Source: Candidatus Woesearchaeota archaeon
GTDB lineage: Archaea; Nanobdellota; Nanobdellia; SCGC-AAA011-G17; GW2011-AR17
NCBI GenBank assembly: GCA_964343245.1
Contig: CAYFIU010000002.1
Coordinates: forward strand, 1-37,065
DNA length: 37,065 nt
Direction: 5' to 3'
Shown: in pieces, positions 30,931 to 37,065 of the stretch
How positions within the stretch are numbered: position 1 is the first letter of the stretch
Layout of the letters: the number at the start of each line of letters is the position of its first letter
The notes under the pieces: model-generated
Database searches by the model: none
Told to the model about the DNA's origin: nothing
Seen by the model: the letters and a program-made list of their open reading frames with translations, nothing else
Position numbers and translations under genes: made by a program

Positions 30931-33360
30931 TTATTGTTCTTCATTATCACCATTGGTGCCAATTTTAGCTAATTTAGTAACCTTGTCATCAGATCCAAGT
31001 TTCATGATTCTTACACCTTGTGTGTTTCTACCTATCTTTGAAATGCCTGAAACTGGGATTCTTATGATTTTGCCTTGTTGAGAGATTAAAAGTGCTTCAT
31101 CTGTATCTTCAACTGCTTTGATGTTTACAACTTTACCATTTCTTTCAGAGGTTTTTATGTTAATAACACCTTTTCCACCTCTTGTGATTAGTCTGTATTC
31201 TTTGATATCTGTTCTTTTACCATAACCATTTTCAGTTATAGTTAGTAATGTTGCAGTTGCGCTTTCAAGCTCCATTCCGATTACTGTATCTCCTTTAGAA
31301 AGTTTGATTCCTCTTACTCCCATTGAAGCTCTACCAACTTCTCTAACATTACTTTCTTCAAACCTTACTGCATTACCATTTGCAGATGCGATTATTAGTT
31401 TGTTCCAACCTTCTGTTAGCTTAACTGTGATCAATTCATCATTTTCCTTTAATCTAATGCCTACTATCCCACCTTTTCGTGGTCTTGAGTAAGCTTTTAG
31501 TGCAGTTTTCTTAACTAAACCATTCTTTGTTGCCATAACTAGGAATTGGCTTTCGTTGAACTCTTTGATTGGAATGAATGTTGTGATTCTTTCCTCCTTA
31601 AGTAAAGGTAGTAAATTTACAATCGCTTTTCCTTTTGCGTATCTTCCTGATTCTGGAATTTGGTAACCTTTTAGCCAGTGTACTTGTCCTAGGTTTGAGA
31701 AGCATAGGATATAGTGGTGTGTTGAAGTGACAAATAGGTTTTCTACTACATCTTCTTCTTTTGTTCCTGTACCAATGATACCTGTGCCTCCTCTTTTTTG
31801 AGTTTTGTATTCAGTTAATGGAACCCTTTTAACATAACCTGATGTGCTGATTGTTACAACTACATCTTCTTCTGCGATAAGGTCTTCAATATCAATTTCA
31901 TCTTCCATTTCAATAAGGTCTGTTCTTCTTTGATCTCCATACTTGTTTGTTATTTCTTGGATTTCTTCTTTGATTATGTTTAAGATTCTTTCTTCAGAAG
32001 CTAGGATTGAGTTTAGATCGTTAATTAGTTCTAGTAATCCTTTGTATTCTTCATTAATCTTTTCTGTTTCTAAGGATGTTAACTTTTGTAGTTTCATATC
32101 TAGGATTGCTTGTGCTTGAATTTGTGATAATGAGTAATTGTTTATTAGGAACTGTCTTGCTTCTTCAACAGAATTTGAAGCTTTGATTCCTTTTACAACT
32201 TCGTCAATTTCTCCTAATGCAACTAGTAAACCTTCTAAGATGTGTGCTCTTTCTTTTGCTTTTCTTAGTTCAAATTGTGTTCGTCTTGTGATTACTTCTT
32301 TTCTATGTTCTAAGAAATGTTCTAGAATTTCTTTTATGTTCATTACTTTTGGTTGGTTGTCTACTAAAGCAAGCATGATTATACCAAAAGTGTTTTGCAT
32401 TTGTGTATACTTGTATAATTGGTTAAGTATTAAATTTGGATCGTGGCCCCTTTTTAGCTCAATTACAACTCTCATACCTTTTCTGTCTGATTCGTCTCTT
32501 AGGTCATGAATGCCTTCGACTTTTTTTTCTTTTACTAGGTATGCGATTGTTTGGATCATGGAACTTTTGTTTACCATGTAAGGAATTTCTGTAATAATTA
32601 TTGATTCTCTGTCTTTTTTTGTTTCTGTGTGCGTTCTTGCTCTTACAATGACTTTGCCTCTTCCTGTGTTGTATGCAGATCTGATTCCTGCTGTACCACA
32701 GATTAAGCCTCCTGTTGGGAAGTCTGGCCCTTTAACAAGTTCAAGCAAATCTCTTATTTCACAGTTAGGGTTTTCAATTATGTGTAGAACAGCCTTGTTA
32801 ATTTCTGTTAGGTTGTGTGGTGGTATGTTTGTTGCCATACCAACTGCGATTCCTGTTGAACCATTGATTAGTAAATTTGGTAATTTTGAAGGTAGAACTG
32901 TTGGTTCTTTTAGTGAATTGTCAAAGTTTGCTGCAAGGTTTACTGTTTCTTTGTTAATGTCTGTTAGCATTTCATTACTTATCTTTGCTAACTTTGCTTC
33001 AGTGTACCTATAGGCTGCTGCAGAATCTCCATCTTGAGAGCCAAAGTTCCCTTGGCCATGTACTAATGGATATCTCATATTCCATTTTTGTGCTAATCTT
33101 ACTAAAGCATCATAGACAGAACTATCGCCATGGGGGTGATAGGATTTAAGGCATTCACCTACTATACCTGCGCATTTCGAAAATCTCTTATTATAATCCA
33201 ACCCTAGTTTAGACATAGCATAAATAATTCTTCTGTGCACTGGTTTCAAACCATCTCTTACATCTGGTAAAGCTCTACCTACAATAACACTCATAGAGTA
33301 ATCTATGTATGCTTTTTTCATCTCATCTTCGATTTTCTTTTTATGTATATTCTCTTCCAT
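30931..33360 (-). CDS. gyrA: DNA gyrase subunit A
   Basis: 809 aa. Carries 'VIVGRALPDVRDGLKPVHRRI', 'HPHGDSSVYDALVRLAQ' and the active-site Tyr in 'AAAYRYTEAKL'. C-terminal beta-pinwheel repeats are present. Confidence 0.95.
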   Translation of the reverse strand: MEENIHKKKIEDEMKKAYIDYSMSVIVGRALPDVRDGLKPVHRRIIYAMSKLGLDYNKRFSKCAGIVGECLKSYHPHGDSSVYDALVRLAQKWNMRYPLVHGQGNFGSQDGDSAAAYRYTEAKLAKISNEMLTDINKETVNLAANFDNSLKEPTVLPSKLPNLLINGSTGIAVGMATNIPPHNLTEINKAVLHIIENPNCEIRDLLELVKGPDFPTGGLICGTAGIRSAYNTGRGKVIVRARTHTETKKDRESIIITEIPYMVNKSSMIQTIAYLVKEKKVEGIHDLRDESDRKGMRVVIELKRGHDPNLILNQLYKYTQMQNTFGIIMLALVDNQPKVMNIKEILEHFLEHRKEVITRRTQFELRKAKERAHILEGLLVALGEIDEVVKGIKASNSVEEARQFLINNYSLSQIQAQAILDMKLQKLTSLETEKINEEYKGLLELINDLNSILASEERILNIIKEEIQEITNKYGDQRRTDLIEMEDEIDIEDLIAEEDVVVTISTSGYVKRVPLTEYKTQKRGGTGIIGTGTKEEDVVENLFVTSTHHYILCFSNLGQVHWLKGYQIPESGRYAKGKAIVNLLPLLKEERITTFIPIKEFNESQFLVMATKNGLVKKTALKAYSRPRKGGIVGIRLKENDELITVKLTEGWNKLIIASANGNAVRFEESNVREVGRASMGVRGIKLSKGDTVIGMELESATATLLTITENGYGKRTDIKEYRLITRGGKGVINIKTSERNGKVVNIKAVEDTDEALLISQQGKIIRIPVSGISKIGRNTQGVRIMKLGSDDKVTKLAKIGTNGDNEEQ

Positions 33361-33362
33361 TT

Positions 33363-37065
<3,703 letters not shown>

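Overview
AT-rich (by eye roughly one-third G+C), tightly packed archaeal chromosome segment, most consistent with a streamlined DPANN-type archaeon. Support: archaeal aEF-2, aEF-1alpha, uS2 and uS10, GatD/GatE, archaeal-type AspRS plus AsnRS, a catalytic-core-only tRNA-guanine transglycosylase, FtsZ, a DUF5652 membrane protein and a bacterial-type gyrase. No rRNA, CRISPR array or classical transposon/IS was seen. One tRNA is present (tRNA-Val UAC). Most genes have a TTTATA/TTTAAA box 22-26 nt upstream of the start codon, implying short or absent leaders. Only ftsZ, EF-2 and EF-1alpha have longer leaders with GGAGG-like sites. Main findings: (1) the EF-2 gene is split inside its P-loop codons (AHI|DHGKTT) by a 32-nt insert that folds into a bulge-helix-bulge motif, and canonical cleavage restores the frame exactly, so this is a candidate endonuclease-spliced intron in an mRNA; (2) the gyrB-gyrA operon carries two selfish elements, a 433-aa HNH-type intein in the GyrB Toprim motif (EGDSAGG/S) and a free-standing zinc-finger plus PD-(D/E)xK (DUF559/Vsr-like) endonuclease gene wedged between gyrB and gyrA; (3) a perfect 22-nt direct repeat brackets an 896-bp unit carrying an unknown gene just after rps10; (4) gatD and gatE are separated and followed by translationally coupled orphan genes, and GatE lacks its usual insertion domain; (5) two covarying hairpins with identical UUGGCG loops lie upstream of ftsZ; (6) two overlapping micro-ORFs fall below the ORF-track cutoff; (7) about a dozen Arg-rich/Lys-poor orphan ORFs, each with its own promoter or coupled start, interrupt otherwise conserved archaeal gene clusters. 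All homology calls rest on motif recognition by eye; no database search was possible.
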